Below, in pieces: positions 21,399 through 31,841 of a DNA stretch of 64,000 nt. The notes below the pieces were generated by a model that saw nothing but the letters and a program-made list of their open reading frames with translations, had not been told where the DNA came from and did not search any database. Position 1 is the stretch's first letter, and every line of letters begins with the position of its first letter. Source of the stretch: Candidatus Egerieisoma sp. (GTDB lineage Bacteria > Bacillota > Clostridia > UBA1212 > UBA1255); the NCBI GenBank assembly GCA_045125595.1, contig JBGVNN010000010.1, positions 43,879 through 107,878 of the forward strand. The letters are read 5' to 3'. The translations under genes and the position numbers were made by a program.

Positions 21399-21671
21399 TT
21401 AAATTTTATGCATTGAGTTAAATATGTCTACGTGCTGAAGCTGCATTTGAAGACCCATTTCCGTACCGAGTTTTTTAAAGTACGCAGCAAGCTCGCTGAA
21501 ACTCTCTGTAGCACCGCTGACATCTACAAGCATTACCATCGTGAATATTTCGTCCATTGTTGTTTGGCTTATATCCAATATATTCACATTAACTTTTGCA
21601 AAATAACCTGAAACCGCAGCAATAATACCTACGCGGTCACATCCTATAACCGATAAAACAGCTTTTACCAT
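21399..21671 (-). CDS. ACT domain protein, UPF0237 family
   Basis: 90 aa, MVKAVLSVIGCDRVGIIAAVSGYFAKVNVNILDISQTTM...; conserved pairing with UPF0210. Confidence 0.8.
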   Translation of the reverse strand: MVKAVLSVIGCDRVGIIAAVSGYFAKVNVNILDISQTTMDEIFTMVMLVDVSGATESFSELAAYFKKLGTEMGLQMQLQHVDIFNSMHKI

Positions 21672-21687
21672 ATTGAACTCTCCTTTT

Positions 21688-22581
21688 TTATTTCGTAAAT
21701 CCTTTGAATGTGTATCCTTGTGACATTGCCCACTCTACATAGCTTGTTACTTGCGTAACCAATTTATCAGATATGTCACTTGACTCATATTGTATACCGT
21801 TATAAATTTCGTCACGTGAACCGGCATCTGTAACGAAGTTACCGCGTTTAAAAGTAACTGTATATCCCATAAGTGATGCAAGTTTAGCATTTCTTTGTGA
21901 TATCTCATCGGGAGCATAGAATTTAATCTTCGCACTGTCTCCTACTATAGCTTGGAGTCTTTTCTCCATACTTTCAAGTGAATCTTTTAATGCGCTTGCT
22001 GAAACAGCAAGTTGGTCTATGGATTTATCTCCTCTTGAGCCTATTGTATGACCTTCGTTATATATTCTCTTTATAATCTCAACATTTGCGTCTTCGTTGA
22101 GATACATTGAAGAAAGATAGAAATTGAACTTAATATTTTTACTCTTTGCCAAATCGAGAAGTTTCTCTACTTTCGGGTTGACGTCAGACCAATGGAGCAT
22201 AAATGACAAATAGATGTCATTGGTTCCCTGTCCGGGATTTGAAAGCAAATATGTACATTGCTCAAGAGCAGACTTGGTTTCACTATTCATGAAGTCCTTC
22301 GTGTCATTTGAAAAAGCAATATCGAGCTTGCTTGTATTAAGTCCCTCAAGCTGTGTAAGATCTACTTCCTGTACGGGCGGATTTGTAGGCGCTGCTGTAG
22401 CACTTGGCTCCGGTGTGTTATTTCCTGTAGCAGGAGCAGTAGCCGTAGCCACCGGTTTTTTATTTATATTTTCATTACCGGTCGGAACCTCGTCGCTCTT
22501 ATCGCTTAAAGCTCCTATCCATATAAATAAACTTACTGCAACAAACAGTATAATTAATGTAATCAATTGACTTTTTTTCAT
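21688..22581 (-). CDS. hypothetical exported/membrane-anchored protein with Pro/Thr/Ala-rich linker (start likely MKKSQLITLIILF)
   Basis: N-terminal TM/signal anchor, low-complexity ATATAPATGNNTPEPSATAAPTNPP linker, about 220-aa C-terminal domain of unknown function. Confidence 0.55.
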   Translation of the reverse strand: MKKSQLITLIILFVAVSLFIWIGALSDKSDEVPTGNENINKKPVATATAPATGNNTPEPSATAAPTNPPVQEVDLTQLEGLNTSKLDIAFSNDTKDFMNSETKSALEQCTYLLSNPGQGTNDIYLSFMLHWSDVNPKVEKLLDLAKSKNIKFNFYLSSMYLNEDANVEIIKRIYNEGHTIGSRGDKSIDQLAVSASALKDSLESMEKRLQAIVGDSAKIKFYAPDEISQRNAKLASLMGYTVTFKRGNFVTDAGSRDEIYNGIQYESSDISDKLVTQVTSYVEWAMSQGYTFKGFTK

Positions 22582-22806
22582 TTGTCTTCGCACCTCACTG
22601 TGAGTGATAAAAATACTTATTAATCTTACCAAAACATCCGACGTTTTGCAAGATTGTTAAAAATACAATTATCAACTGCAAATAATTCTTAATAATTAAT
22701 TTCTACTCCCCATTCATCGTTAATTTATACTCATAAAAAAATTCGTACTTTTCAGACCCATCCCGGTACGAAAAAAAACAAAATCGAGGCATCAGCGAGG
22801 AGCTTC

Positions 22807-24090
22807 TCATTCTCCCGCAACACTTATATCACTTAATTTTATAGCATAAGGTCCTTCGTAGCTATCATCTTTATAGCGTTCTTTTGAGAACACCATATTT
22901 TTTTGTGCCTCAAAAATACTGCCGTTAACAGAACCGCCCGTAAATTTCTTAACATACGGCTTGCCGTCTTTTTCATCTACCAAATAAGCAAGACGAATTT
23001 CCCCTCCGAATTGTCCTGTAAAGGAGTCCATCTGAAAATCAGAGAAAACAGCTATATACAGAGTACCTTTTTTCATATCCTCAAAACTTTCACTGCCGCA
23101 AGTACATTCAAATGCACTGTAATCGCCCGTCGCTTCAATACCAAGATAATGCGCAAATCTGGCACCTGAGTGTATAGTTTTTAATATGCCGTCTTGCGCT
23201 AAAACTTTATCTGTCATAGCAATACCCTCTGCACTGTACGGTTGTGTAGCTTTTAATGTCAAATTCAAACGCTCGCCTTTGATTTCGTTATCATCACCTT
23301 GCAAAAAGCACCCCTCTTTATATGATGAATACCCTGCATAAATCATTGCACCCTGCGTTCTTGAAGTATAATATTCAAGCACCGTAGCAAGATTTGTTCC
23401 CGTGAGTATGATGTCATATTTGCCTGCAGGCGCAGGTCCTACAGCTTCTGCCCTGTCATATACAGTTTTAAGAGCTTCTTCCACTTTTGCCTTTAACTGC
23501 ATATACTCAGGAGCGTTGTACGAAAATTCTGTATGAATTTCCACATCTTGCCCATTTGCAATTGCTTGTGTCACAAATTCTCCGTTGAAATTATATTTAA
23601 CAAACTCCGCATCTACACCGTTTGAGTTAACAACTCTCGATATTCTCTTTTTAGCAAATATTTCAGCTGAATTAATAAAGCTCTTGCCCGCTTCACCATC
23701 TGCAGAAAACAACGCTTCGGCAAGTTTAAACGCCTCTTCTTTAATATTATAATCTATGCTTTCAACCGACTTTGCTTCACACGGCTTCGGTATATCATAA
23801 TATTTGTTTTTCACAAAAGACGCTGCGTAATACGCATTGTTAAGTGCCTTGGCAATTTCTTCATCTGTCATATCAGGGAACAAAAGAGCCGTAGCGTGGC
23901 CGCGCATTTCCGTATTATTAAACGAAAAATCTCTGTAAACCGTCACGGAATACTCCGTCACATCTGTACTGCGCACCATATCTGTTTCTTTTTTCACAAA
24001 AAACAGCTCGAAAGATTTGCTTTCGGTGCAATTGATTCTGTACGCCTTTATATTGTTTTTTTCTAATATTGTTTTAATTTTATTTATCAT
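22807..24090 (-). CDS. pmbA: TldE/PmbA-family protein (peptidase U62 non-catalytic partner)
   Basis: 427 aa, TldD/PmbA fold, lacks HExxxH; immediately downstream of tldD. Confidence 0.75.
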   Translation of the reverse strand: MINKIKTILEKNNIKAYRINCTESKSFELFFVKKETDMVRSTDVTEYSVTVYRDFSFNNTEMRGHATALLFPDMTDEEIAKALNNAYYAASFVKNKYYDIPKPCEAKSVESIDYNIKEEAFKLAEALFSADGEAGKSFINSAEIFAKKRISRVVNSNGVDAEFVKYNFNGEFVTQAIANGQDVEIHTEFSYNAPEYMQLKAKVEEALKTVYDRAEAVGPAPAGKYDIILTGTNLATVLEYYTSRTQGAMIYAGYSSYKEGCFLQGDDNEIKGERLNLTLKATQPYSAEGIAMTDKVLAQDGILKTIHSGARFAHYLGIEATGDYSAFECTCGSESFEDMKKGTLYIAVFSDFQMDSFTGQFGGEIRLAYLVDEKDGKPYVKKFTGGSVNGSIFEAQKNMVFSKERYKDDSYEGPYAIKLSDISVAGE

Positions 24091-24108
24091 AGTGTGCGGT
24101 CTCCTTAA

Positions 24109-25551
24109 TCAGCCTAATCTAATTTTCGCTTTAATATACGGGCCTCCGTCGGAAACCTTTACCCACTCTTTATATCCTTTGCCGCAATATCCGCCGCCAC
24201 CCAAAACAACTTCATCGGACACCATTGTAATAGACTTCAGCAAATCGGGCACATAACCTGTCAACACGATGGGCGAGAAAATTTTACCCGTAAGTTTACC
24301 GTCTTTTATCTCTTTAGCAATATTTACCATGCATTGTATGCCCCAGTTTTTAGGATCCTCCATACCGCTGCTGGCATTTTCAAGCAAAAATCCGTATTTA
24401 ACTGACGCAATCATATCCTCGGGTTTATCTTTTCCCGCTTCAAAGAAAGTGTTCGTCATTCGTGTATACGCTTTTCTCTTGTAGCTTTCGCGTCTGCCAT
24501 TGCCTGTCGGCTCGGTTTTAGTTTGGTATGCGCTTCTTAAATCGCTTATACCTCTTTTTAAGATACCCTTTTCTATTATGATTGTATCTTGGCCATCCGC
24601 GCCCTCATCGTCAAAATAATATGTTGCTGTTTGTTCTGCCGCCGTTGCTCCATCATGCATTGTAACTAAAGGAGACGCCACATATTTGCCTATATACTCC
24701 TCCGCAAGAGCTCTATTTTTAACAAACATATCCATCTCAACACCGTGACCAAAAGCCTCATGCACTATCATACCCGTCACATCAGGTGCGCAAATACACT
24801 CATACTCACCCGGCTCAATCTGATTACTGTCAAGCAAAGCCACCACACTCTGCGCAATACTTTCGCAATCATTCTCCATATCATCCAAAACTTCCGCACC
24901 GCCAAGATTCGAATAGCCCTTGTAATAATCCTTTATTTCATCGCCACGCGACGCCATAACACTTACGCCACCCGTCATCCAAAGCAAATTTTGCTCCTTT
25001 TGTACAAGCTTGTCAGCCGTTTTCTTCACAAAAAGCTTCGCCGAACCTGCATAGCTGCAAAACACATTACAGTCCATCACCTTGCTGTCACACGCAAGCG
25101 TCTTGCTTCTCACCTTCTCCAAGCACGCCAATATTGCCTCGTCACCCATTTCCTCAGGGTGCAGCACATACTCCGTGAAGTTTGCGGTATCCTTCTCGTC
25201 TTTCTCTACGGAAAGTCGGTCGCACGCCATAACATTTGTGCTTGATTGCATATTATCTCTAAGCTGTGCGCCGATTGCTTCACAATCGGCAGAATTTATG
25301 CTGTTGCAAGAATGCTCTGCCCATTTCTCGCCTTTGATTACTCTTATAACAAAGCCTCTTGCACAAAGCAACGAATCATCCGCAACATTCATACCGGCTT
25401 TTGAAATACTGTATCTTTTGCCCGTAGAATTTACGGCAAGCACCGAAACTTCTTCGTATCCGTCTTTAAACAAATATTCTGCAAGATTGATTATATCCTG
25501 CTTTTTGTCTGATAAATATTTATCGGGTGTTAAAGTTTTTTTATTTGCCAT
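24109..25551 (-). CDS. tldD: TldD-family metalloprotease (peptidase U62)
   Basis: 480 aa, HEAFGHGVEMD (HExxxH) motif and GGGY C-terminal region. Confidence 0.8.
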   Translation of the reverse strand: MANKKTLTPDKYLSDKKQDIINLAEYLFKDGYEEVSVLAVNSTGKRYSISKAGMNVADDSLLCARGFVIRVIKGEKWAEHSCNSINSADCEAIGAQLRDNMQSSTNVMACDRLSVEKDEKDTANFTEYVLHPEEMGDEAILACLEKVRSKTLACDSKVMDCNVFCSYAGSAKLFVKKTADKLVQKEQNLLWMTGGVSVMASRGDEIKDYYKGYSNLGGAEVLDDMENDCESIAQSVVALLDSNQIEPGEYECICAPDVTGMIVHEAFGHGVEMDMFVKNRALAEEYIGKYVASPLVTMHDGATAAEQTATYYFDDEGADGQDTIIIEKGILKRGISDLRSAYQTKTEPTGNGRRESYKRKAYTRMTNTFFEAGKDKPEDMIASVKYGFLLENASSGMEDPKNWGIQCMVNIAKEIKDGKLTGKIFSPIVLTGYVPDLLKSITMVSDEVVLGGGGYCGKGYKEWVKVSDGGPYIKAKIRLG

Positions 25552-25581
25552 TTTTTACCTCTTTTAACAAATTTCATTTAA

Positions 25582-26670
25582 TCAGCTGATTTTCAAAAAC
25601 AAGCCCGGGCTTACTTTTTTTATTATTTTAATCAGTTTAGCAATTGCTAAACAAGTAGTCGTTCTTTTATTTTTGAGACTTTTCGCCATAATACCCGAAA
25701 CGCCGCCCCAAGTCATATAGGGAGAAAGCTTTCCGTACAGGTCAGTCTTATAAATTTCTTGCAAAAAGGCTTTTCGTTGTTTGCCTTTCATATTAGCTCT
25801 TTTGTCATTATTGCGTTCCAATGCAGAAAATACATATCGCACATATCTTTGTGCAATGACTGTGAGTATGTCGTCTGTGAGCATATCCCAACTTTCGAAT
25901 TGCTCATACAGCCTTTTTATTTTTAACATTATGTCGTCATAATATGTGGGTATAAATCTGCTTGTTGTACTACTGTCAACTCTTTTCAAATAGTGATATG
26001 GGGCAAAATCTATGACTTCTAATGTTTGTGCATGGTTGAAAAAGTCGATATTGAATATTATATCTTCGTTAAACTTCATTATTATAAACTGTACATTATT
26101 TTTCTTAATTATTTCTGATTTATACAGTTTATTTGTGGAATAACCATAAAGATTTGTTTTCTCCATCTCTATGACATACGCTCTGAGTTCTTTTTCGTTT
26201 TTGAGAGATTCTCTTTTTGGACAAACGAGTACGGTATTTCTAAGGTCGCCTTTTGCATCATAATGTTCTTCTAATAAACCGAACATAACTGCATCTGCTG
26301 ATGTTTCTTTTGCAACTTTTACAGTTTTTTCAAGCATATCGCTGTCAAATTTATCATCGCCGTCCAAAAAAAGTATATATTCTCCTTGTGATATTTGTAT
26401 ACCTTGATTTCTGGCATTACTCGCGCCACCGTTTTGAGGTAAATGAATCGTTGTAATTCTCGAATCTTTCTTTGCCAGCTCGTCGCACAAAGCGCCGCTG
26501 CCGTCAGGAGAGCAATCGTCGACAAGTATGAGCTCAAAATCGGTGAATGTTTGATTAAGCACATCCTCAACTGCCGCCTCTAAGACTTTTTCTACCCTAT
26601 ATACAGGCATTACTATGCTCAAAAACGGATTTTGTTTATTTATGTTATTTTTTGGTATTTCATTTGACAT
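25582..26670 (-). CDS. family 2 glycosyltransferase
   Basis: 362 aa, LSIVMPVYRVE...DDCSPDGS...LDGDD motifs (GT-A DxD). Confidence 0.8.
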   Translation of the reverse strand: MSNEIPKNNINKQNPFLSIVMPVYRVEKVLEAAVEDVLNQTFTDFELILVDDCSPDGSGALCDELAKKDSRITTIHLPQNGGASNARNQGIQISQGEYILFLDGDDKFDSDMLEKTVKVAKETSADAVMFGLLEEHYDAKGDLRNTVLVCPKRESLKNEKELRAYVIEMEKTNLYGYSTNKLYKSEIIKKNNVQFIIMKFNEDIIFNIDFFNHAQTLEVIDFAPYHYLKRVDSSTTSRFIPTYYDDIMLKIKRLYEQFESWDMLTDDILTVIAQRYVRYVFSALERNNDKRANMKGKQRKAFLQEIYKTDLYGKLSPYMTWGGVSGIMAKSLKNKRTTTCLAIAKLIKIIKKVSPGLFLKIS

Positions 26671-26801
26671 TTCAGTTAGCCTCCGAAGCTATTATATCGC
26701 CCATATATTAACACAAAAGCGCACTGCTTTCAACAAAAGCGGAGTTACACCAGGCATTTTCGCAAGCACTTTTTCATATATTTATCATGAGGTGACAAAG
26801 T

Positions 26802-27044
26802 ATGAATTTGTTAGAACGTTTCAATTTGCGCAAAGCGCAGTACGGTGACGCAAAACGAAATCAAAAGGATTTAGACGAGCTTATGCGCGAGATTGATGAT
26901 GTAAAAAAAGAAATCGATACTGCGCGTTGTAACTTTAATAATGTTACGGATGCTGACAGTATCGATTACTATACATACATGTTAAAGGCATATCAGGTGA
27001 AACACGATATGCTCATCAAGCAGCTCAAATCAAACTTTACTTAA
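26802..27044 (+). CDS. small hypothetical protein (80 aa, coiled-coil; DUF2508/YaaL-like?)
   Basis: ORF with plausible RBS; family assignment by length and pattern only. Confidence 0.4.
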   Translation: MNLLERFNLRKAQYGDAKRNQKDLDELMREIDDVKKEIDTARCNFNNVTDADSIDYYTYMLKAYQVKHDMLIKQLKSNFT

Positions 27045-27055
27045 TTAATATTAAT

Positions 27056-28447
27056 TTATCCCACTTCGCAAATTCGAATTACTGACGATAATCCGCCGTA
27101 AGATTCTTCGCACACGACACGGCCGCCGGGTGCGTGGATGATATAATGAGTATTGTTGATATTTCCCAAATAAATCATTGCATGGCCGGAAATGTAAATC
27201 ACTACCGGTGCGTCTGCAGCAGATAATAGCGACACCTTTTCCGTAACAGAAAATCCATCTACATTAGTGGCGGTGCCGACAGTTTTATTTTGCTGACTTG
27301 TGTTGCGTGGGAATACAAAACCGAATGTTTTGAACACGCTGAGCACGTAGCTTGAGCAGTCGACGTTGTCGTGCATGCCGCCCCAGCCGTACGGTGTGCC
27401 CACATACTTGAAGGCTTGTATGTAGAAATTACGCAAATTATATTCGGCGTAGCCTACGCAGGCTGATTTCACAGGAATGTCAAACTCCAAACAAACGAGT
27501 TCTCGGGCTGTGTTTGAATTAGGCAAAACAACTCGGTATACATCGTTGCCCGGTTGATTTTGCGCACTTGCCAGCGGAAGTGCCGTGCCCATATCGAGTT
27601 TAATGCCGTTTACGGTGAGCTGCGAGTCCGTAATGACTACGAAATTCATGTTCGCTGTGACATTTTCGGACATATTCAAAAGTTTTGCATAAGTTGTCCA
27701 ATCAGCTTGTGTTGCATCGGTTGCTATCGCTAAATTTGCGGCATCAACCCAACCGGTGTAATAATAAGATTGTATGAAATAAAACTTTCCGTCAAGGCTT
27801 GTGTGCAAAATAAGCACAGCACTTGCCGCAGCGAGTTCAGACTCTTGCATTCTGTCATGGTCTTGCTTGTTAGAGTTGTTATAGAACTCAATTTCGGTAG
27901 GCAAAGCTCTTATATCAGTACGCTGCACAGTAACAGCACGCTTAAGAGTTACAGTACCCGATAAAGCACCGATGTTTCTGTTGTTTTTAATCTCACTAAA
28001 AACATCTTGCGATATAGAATTGCCATTTTCGTCATATTTTGGCAAACTCGGACCCTTAGACGCCTCTATGAGCGATTTGACTTCAGCCGCACTCATAGTC
28101 ATTTTGTGATTTTCTATATCCACCAAAGCAGAGCACTTACCACGCATTTGCTTGTTCATCGCCTGAATTTCCGCATACGACATCAAAACGCCCGACGGGT
28201 TTTGCACCTTGTCAATCCACTTTTGCGCCCCGCTCGGCACATTGTCAAACGCCTTGCTCACCGGCAGTTTTGCGTCATCCGAAGGTTTTTGCGTCGAATT
28301 CGGGTTTGGCGTTGTTTTTGTTTCTTCGGAAAGTTGGTCGGTTGGTACTGCTGTATTATTAGGCAAATTGCCGCCTGCACATGCAGCTAAAAGCAATGTG
28401 CAAACGGCAATCATAATAGACAAAATAATTTTCGTTAATCTTTTCAT
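27056..28447 (-). CDS. lipoprotein cell-wall hydrolase, NlpC/P60 (C40) family, YkfC-like
   Basis: Lipobox LLLAAC; C-terminal catalytic triad context DCSSYVLSVF...GHAMIYLG...H. Confidence 0.8.
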   Translation of the reverse strand: MKRLTKIILSIMIAVCTLLLAACAGGNLPNNTAVPTDQLSEETKTTPNPNSTQKPSDDAKLPVSKAFDNVPSGAQKWIDKVQNPSGVLMSYAEIQAMNKQMRGKCSALVDIENHKMTMSAAEVKSLIEASKGPSLPKYDENGNSISQDVFSEIKNNRNIGALSGTVTLKRAVTVQRTDIRALPTEIEFYNNSNKQDHDRMQESELAAASAVLILHTSLDGKFYFIQSYYYTGWVDAANLAIATDATQADWTTYAKLLNMSENVTANMNFVVITDSQLTVNGIKLDMGTALPLASAQNQPGNDVYRVVLPNSNTARELVCLEFDIPVKSACVGYAEYNLRNFYIQAFKYVGTPYGWGGMHDNVDCSSYVLSVFKTFGFVFPRNTSQQNKTVGTATNVDGFSVTEKVSLLSAADAPVVIYISGHAMIYLGNINNTHYIIHAPGGRVVCEESYGGLSSVIRICEVG

Positions 28448-28456
28448 ATTATTCTC

Positions 28457-30013
28457 TTATTTAATATCAATTCTCGGGAAGAGAACTTCGCCCTTTGAAA
28501 CCTCTGTGCCGTCAGGATATAATCCCCACTCACCGGCATTTTCCCATTTGAGAATATCAGCGTTGCCAGCAAGACCGAGTTGCGCTTGAATTTTCTTGGG
28601 TGTCTCAGGCATGAAAGGTTCAATAAGAATTGATGCAATTCTCAAGCCTTCGAGAAGAGTGTACATAACGCCGGCAAGACGTTTCTTATCCTCAGGATCT
28701 TCACTCTTAGCAAGTACCCAAGGAGCTGTCTCGTCAATGTATTTGTTCATACGAGAAATGCCCTTCCAAATTTCTGTCAAAGCTGTCGGGAATTGGAGAG
28801 CATCCATAAGCTCGTCAACACGCTTTGTATTACCTGCTGTCAAAGCCTTAATGTCATCAACAGGGCCAAATTCAGCTCTGTCTTCTGCCGCGGGCATTTT
28901 GCCGCCGAAGTATTTAATCTGCATTGAAACTGTTCTTGATACGAGATTACCAAGGTCGTTTGCAAGGTCTGCATTTATACGGTTAATGAGTGCCTCGTGT
29001 GTAAATTGTCCGTCAGAGCCGAAAGGTACTTCTCTCAAAAGGAAGTATCTGATGGCATCAGCGCCGTACATATCAACGAGTTTAACGGGGTCAACAACAT
29101 TTCCGACTGATTTTGACATTTTACCGCCATCAATCAAGAGCCAGCCATGGCCGTAAACTTGTTCAGGAAGCGGCAAATCAAGCGCCATAAGAATTGCCGG
29201 CCAGATAATTGTGTGGAATCTCACAATCTCTTTACCTACAAGGTGAACTTGTGCAGGCCAGTATTTCTTGTAATCAGCCTCGTCATCGCTGCCGTAACCC
29301 ATTGCTGTAATATAGTTTGAAAGCGCATCTACCCATACATAAACAACGTGCTTATCATCGAATGTTACGGGAATACCCCAGTCAAAAGTCGTTCTCGATA
29401 CACACAAATCCTCAAGTCCCGGACGAAGGAAGTTATTGAGCATCTCGTTCTTACGCGATACAGGCTGAATAAAATCAGGATGACTTTCTATATATTCTAT
29501 AAGTCTGTCTTGGTATTTTGAAAGTCTGAAGAAATAGCTTTCTTCTTTTGCATTCTCTACAGGTCTGCCGCAGTCGGGGCATTTGCCGTCTTTGAGCTGT
29601 GTTTCTGTCCAGAAAGACTCACAAGGTGTACAATACCAACCCTCATAGCTACTCTTATAAATATCGCCTTGATCATAGAGCTGCTTGAAAATCTTTTGTA
29701 CTGCCTCAACATGATAGTCGTCCGTTGTACGAATGAATCTGTCATTGGAAATGTTCATAATTTTCCATAATTCTTTGATGCCGGCTACTATCTCGTCAAC
29801 ATATTGCTGAGGCGTAACGCCTTTTGCTTCTGCTTTTCTTTGAATTTTAAGTCCATGCTCGTCTGTACCTGTTAAGAACATAACGTCATAGCCTTTAAGT
29901 CTTCTATATCTTGCCTCTGCGTCTGCTGCCACTGTTGTATATGAGTGACCTATATGCAAATTATCGCTGGGGTAATAAATCGGTGTTGTTATATAATACG
30001 TAGGTTTTGACAT
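28457..30013 (-). CDS. metG: methionine--tRNA ligase (short form)
   Basis: HIGH (NLHIGHSYT) and KMSKS (GGKMSKSVGN) motifs, Zn knuckle CTPCESF...CPDCG. Confidence 0.9.
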   Translation of the reverse strand: MSKPTYYITTPIYYPSDNLHIGHSYTTVAADAEARYRRLKGYDVMFLTGTDEHGLKIQRKAEAKGVTPQQYVDEIVAGIKELWKIMNISNDRFIRTTDDYHVEAVQKIFKQLYDQGDIYKSSYEGWYCTPCESFWTETQLKDGKCPDCGRPVENAKEESYFFRLSKYQDRLIEYIESHPDFIQPVSRKNEMLNNFLRPGLEDLCVSRTTFDWGIPVTFDDKHVVYVWVDALSNYITAMGYGSDDEADYKKYWPAQVHLVGKEIVRFHTIIWPAILMALDLPLPEQVYGHGWLLIDGGKMSKSVGNVVDPVKLVDMYGADAIRYFLLREVPFGSDGQFTHEALINRINADLANDLGNLVSRTVSMQIKYFGGKMPAAEDRAEFGPVDDIKALTAGNTKRVDELMDALQFPTALTEIWKGISRMNKYIDETAPWVLAKSEDPEDKKRLAGVMYTLLEGLRIASILIEPFMPETPKKIQAQLGLAGNADILKWENAGEWGLYPDGTEVSKGEVLFPRIDIK

Positions 30014-30072
30014 AAAATTCCTCCTTTATGTTTCTGCTTATTATAGCACGGTTTGTTTTGATTTACAAACTT

Positions 30073-30744
30073 TTACCTCTGTGGCAAATACGCCTCTAAT
30101 CTATGTATCGGTTGTCCAAGCTCCATAAATCTGTTTTCATATTCTGTTATAACATTTGCCGCTAAGATTTCCGCAGGCGTTTCGTCACTGTGAAGATTGT
30201 ACGTAACATTCTCAAGACGCCAGCCATTTTCCGTAAAACTTTCAACAGAATAATCAAACAAACCTCTGTTGTCTGTTTTTTGAACAATACATCCGTTGGG
30301 TGCGAGAATCTTCTCATATCTTTTAAGGTAATTTTCGTGAGTAAGACGATACTTCGCATGTTTATTTCTCGGCCACGGGTCGCTGAAATTCAAATAAATC
30401 TTGTCAACCTCACCCTCTTCAAAGTAGTCGCACAGAAAATCAGCGTTATTATTTATAAAAATTATATTTTTATAGCCCAACGCCTCTGTTTTCTCCATAG
30501 CCGTTACGATTACGTTTTTCACACACTCCATCGCTATGAACGATACATCAGGATTTTTCTGCGCCATTCCGGTAACGAACGCACCTTTTCCGCAGCCTAT
30601 TTCCAAGTGAAGCGGCGACACTTTCCCCTCTTCGGAAACAAACACGCTCCTCCACTTTCCTTTTAAATCTGCCGGATCAGCTATTACAATATTGCTGCAT
30701 TTTTCAAATCGTTCTTCTAAATGTTTTTTGTTTCTTGGGCGCAT
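30073..30744 (-). CDS. trmB: tRNA (guanine46-N7)-methyltransferase
   Basis: 223 aa, LEIGCGKGAF SAM motif, NFSDPWPR motif. Confidence 0.85.
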   Translation of the reverse strand: MRPRNKKHLEERFEKCSNIVIADPADLKGKWRSVFVSEEGKVSPLHLEIGCGKGAFVTGMAQKNPDVSFIAMECVKNVIVTAMEKTEALGYKNIIFINNNADFLCDYFEEGEVDKIYLNFSDPWPRNKHAKYRLTHENYLKRYEKILAPNGCIVQKTDNRGLFDYSVESFTENGWRLENVTYNLHSDETPAEILAANVITEYENRFMELGQPIHRLEAYLPQR

Positions 30745-30905
30745 TTTCGTGGCTCCTTGCTAAAAAATTTTCGTATAGTATTGTATCACGAAAAGGTAAA
30801 ATCACAAATAGAAAATTAATCGACAAAATTCCCCCTTTAAAAACCTGCCAAAAAATGTTATCATACTACTGTGTATACGATATTATGGGAGGCTTCGTTG
30901 AAACA

Positions 30906-31835
30906 ATGGCAAATGTAACAAATACCTTTTGTACAATTTATAAAGATTCAGAATTAACACATGAGGTCAATTACATTACCACTGCGGTCAAATTTCAGGA
31001 CAAGTGGCTTTTCTTGAAATCCGAATACCCCTCAGGATATATGATGATAAGCGGTATGATAAAACGCTCAGAAGCACCCGAGTTAACGGTCAGACGCGAA
31101 TTATACAATAAAGCAGGCATCGTAGCCGGCAGAGTTTACGAAGTAGCCACATATTCACTATCCACAGGCTACGGCAAAGTCGGGAAGCTTGGTCGCACCA
31201 CCTCATACGGCAAGCTGTATTACACCGAGTGCGTATGTTTAGGCAAATTACCTCAAGAAAATTCAAAAAAAATTGAACTTCTCGACGAAATTCCTGCAGA
31301 TCAACTCTTTTTAAATCCCAATGCTTGCGGTCCACTTATGAAAAAAATCAAAAATTGGTTAGCCTCGGGAGAAGACGAAAAACAGCTCCCCTACGCATTT
31401 GAGAAACTTTGCGGCGCAGTTACATATTGTAATGACGGCGGCGTGATAAAATATATATTAATCAAGAATCTTTCAGGTCATATAGGTTTTCCGAAAGGTC
31501 ACGCAGAAAATAACGAGTCAGAATTAGACACAGCCACAAGAGAAGTATTTGAAGAAACAGGACTCAAGCCACATATATATACAAAATTCCGTCACAGCTT
31601 CGGCTATGCCGCTCCCGGCGAACAGCTTTCAAACGGCAGAAAACCACTTTTGCATAAAACAGCAGTATATTTTGTCGCAGGATTTCCGCAAAGCGACATA
31701 CCAAATATAAAAATTCAAGAAGAAGAAGTGCTCAATTGGTGGCTTGTACCATATCAAGAAGCAATAAGATTACTCAACAAAAACACCGATAAGCGTATGT
31801 TAGAGCTTGCAAATCGTTGGATTGAGCAGAATTAA
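30906..31835 (+). CDS. tandem NUDIX hydrolase domain protein (start at MANVTNT after gggagg RBS; ORF-track start 30735 overlaps trmB and is unlikely)
   Basis: Clear Nudix box GHAENNESELDTATREVFEETGL in the second half; degenerate Nudix-like segment in the first half. Confidence 0.7.
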   Translation: MANVTNTFCTIYKDSELTHEVNYITTAVKFQDKWLFLKSEYPSGYMMISGMIKRSEAPELTVRRELYNKAGIVAGRVYEVATYSLSTGYGKVGKLGRTTSYGKLYYTECVCLGKLPQENSKKIELLDEIPADQLFLNPNACGPLMKKIKNWLASGEDEKQLPYAFEKLCGAVTYCNDGGVIKYILIKNLSGHIGFPKGHAENNESELDTATREVFEETGLKPHIYTKFRHSFGYAAPGEQLSNGRKPLLHKTAVYFVAGFPQSDIPNIKIQEEEVLNWWLVPYQEAIRLLNKNTDKRMLELANRWIEQN

Positions 31836-31841
31836 AAAGAA

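Noticed and set aside
24745-25245. 166-aa plus-strand ORF inside tldD
   Set aside because: It is antisense to a conserved metalloprotease gene, with no start context.
30735-30905. Long N-terminal extension of the Nudix ORF overlapping trmB on the opposite strand
   Set aside because: It has no RBS; the internal ATG at 30906 is preceded by GGGAGG.
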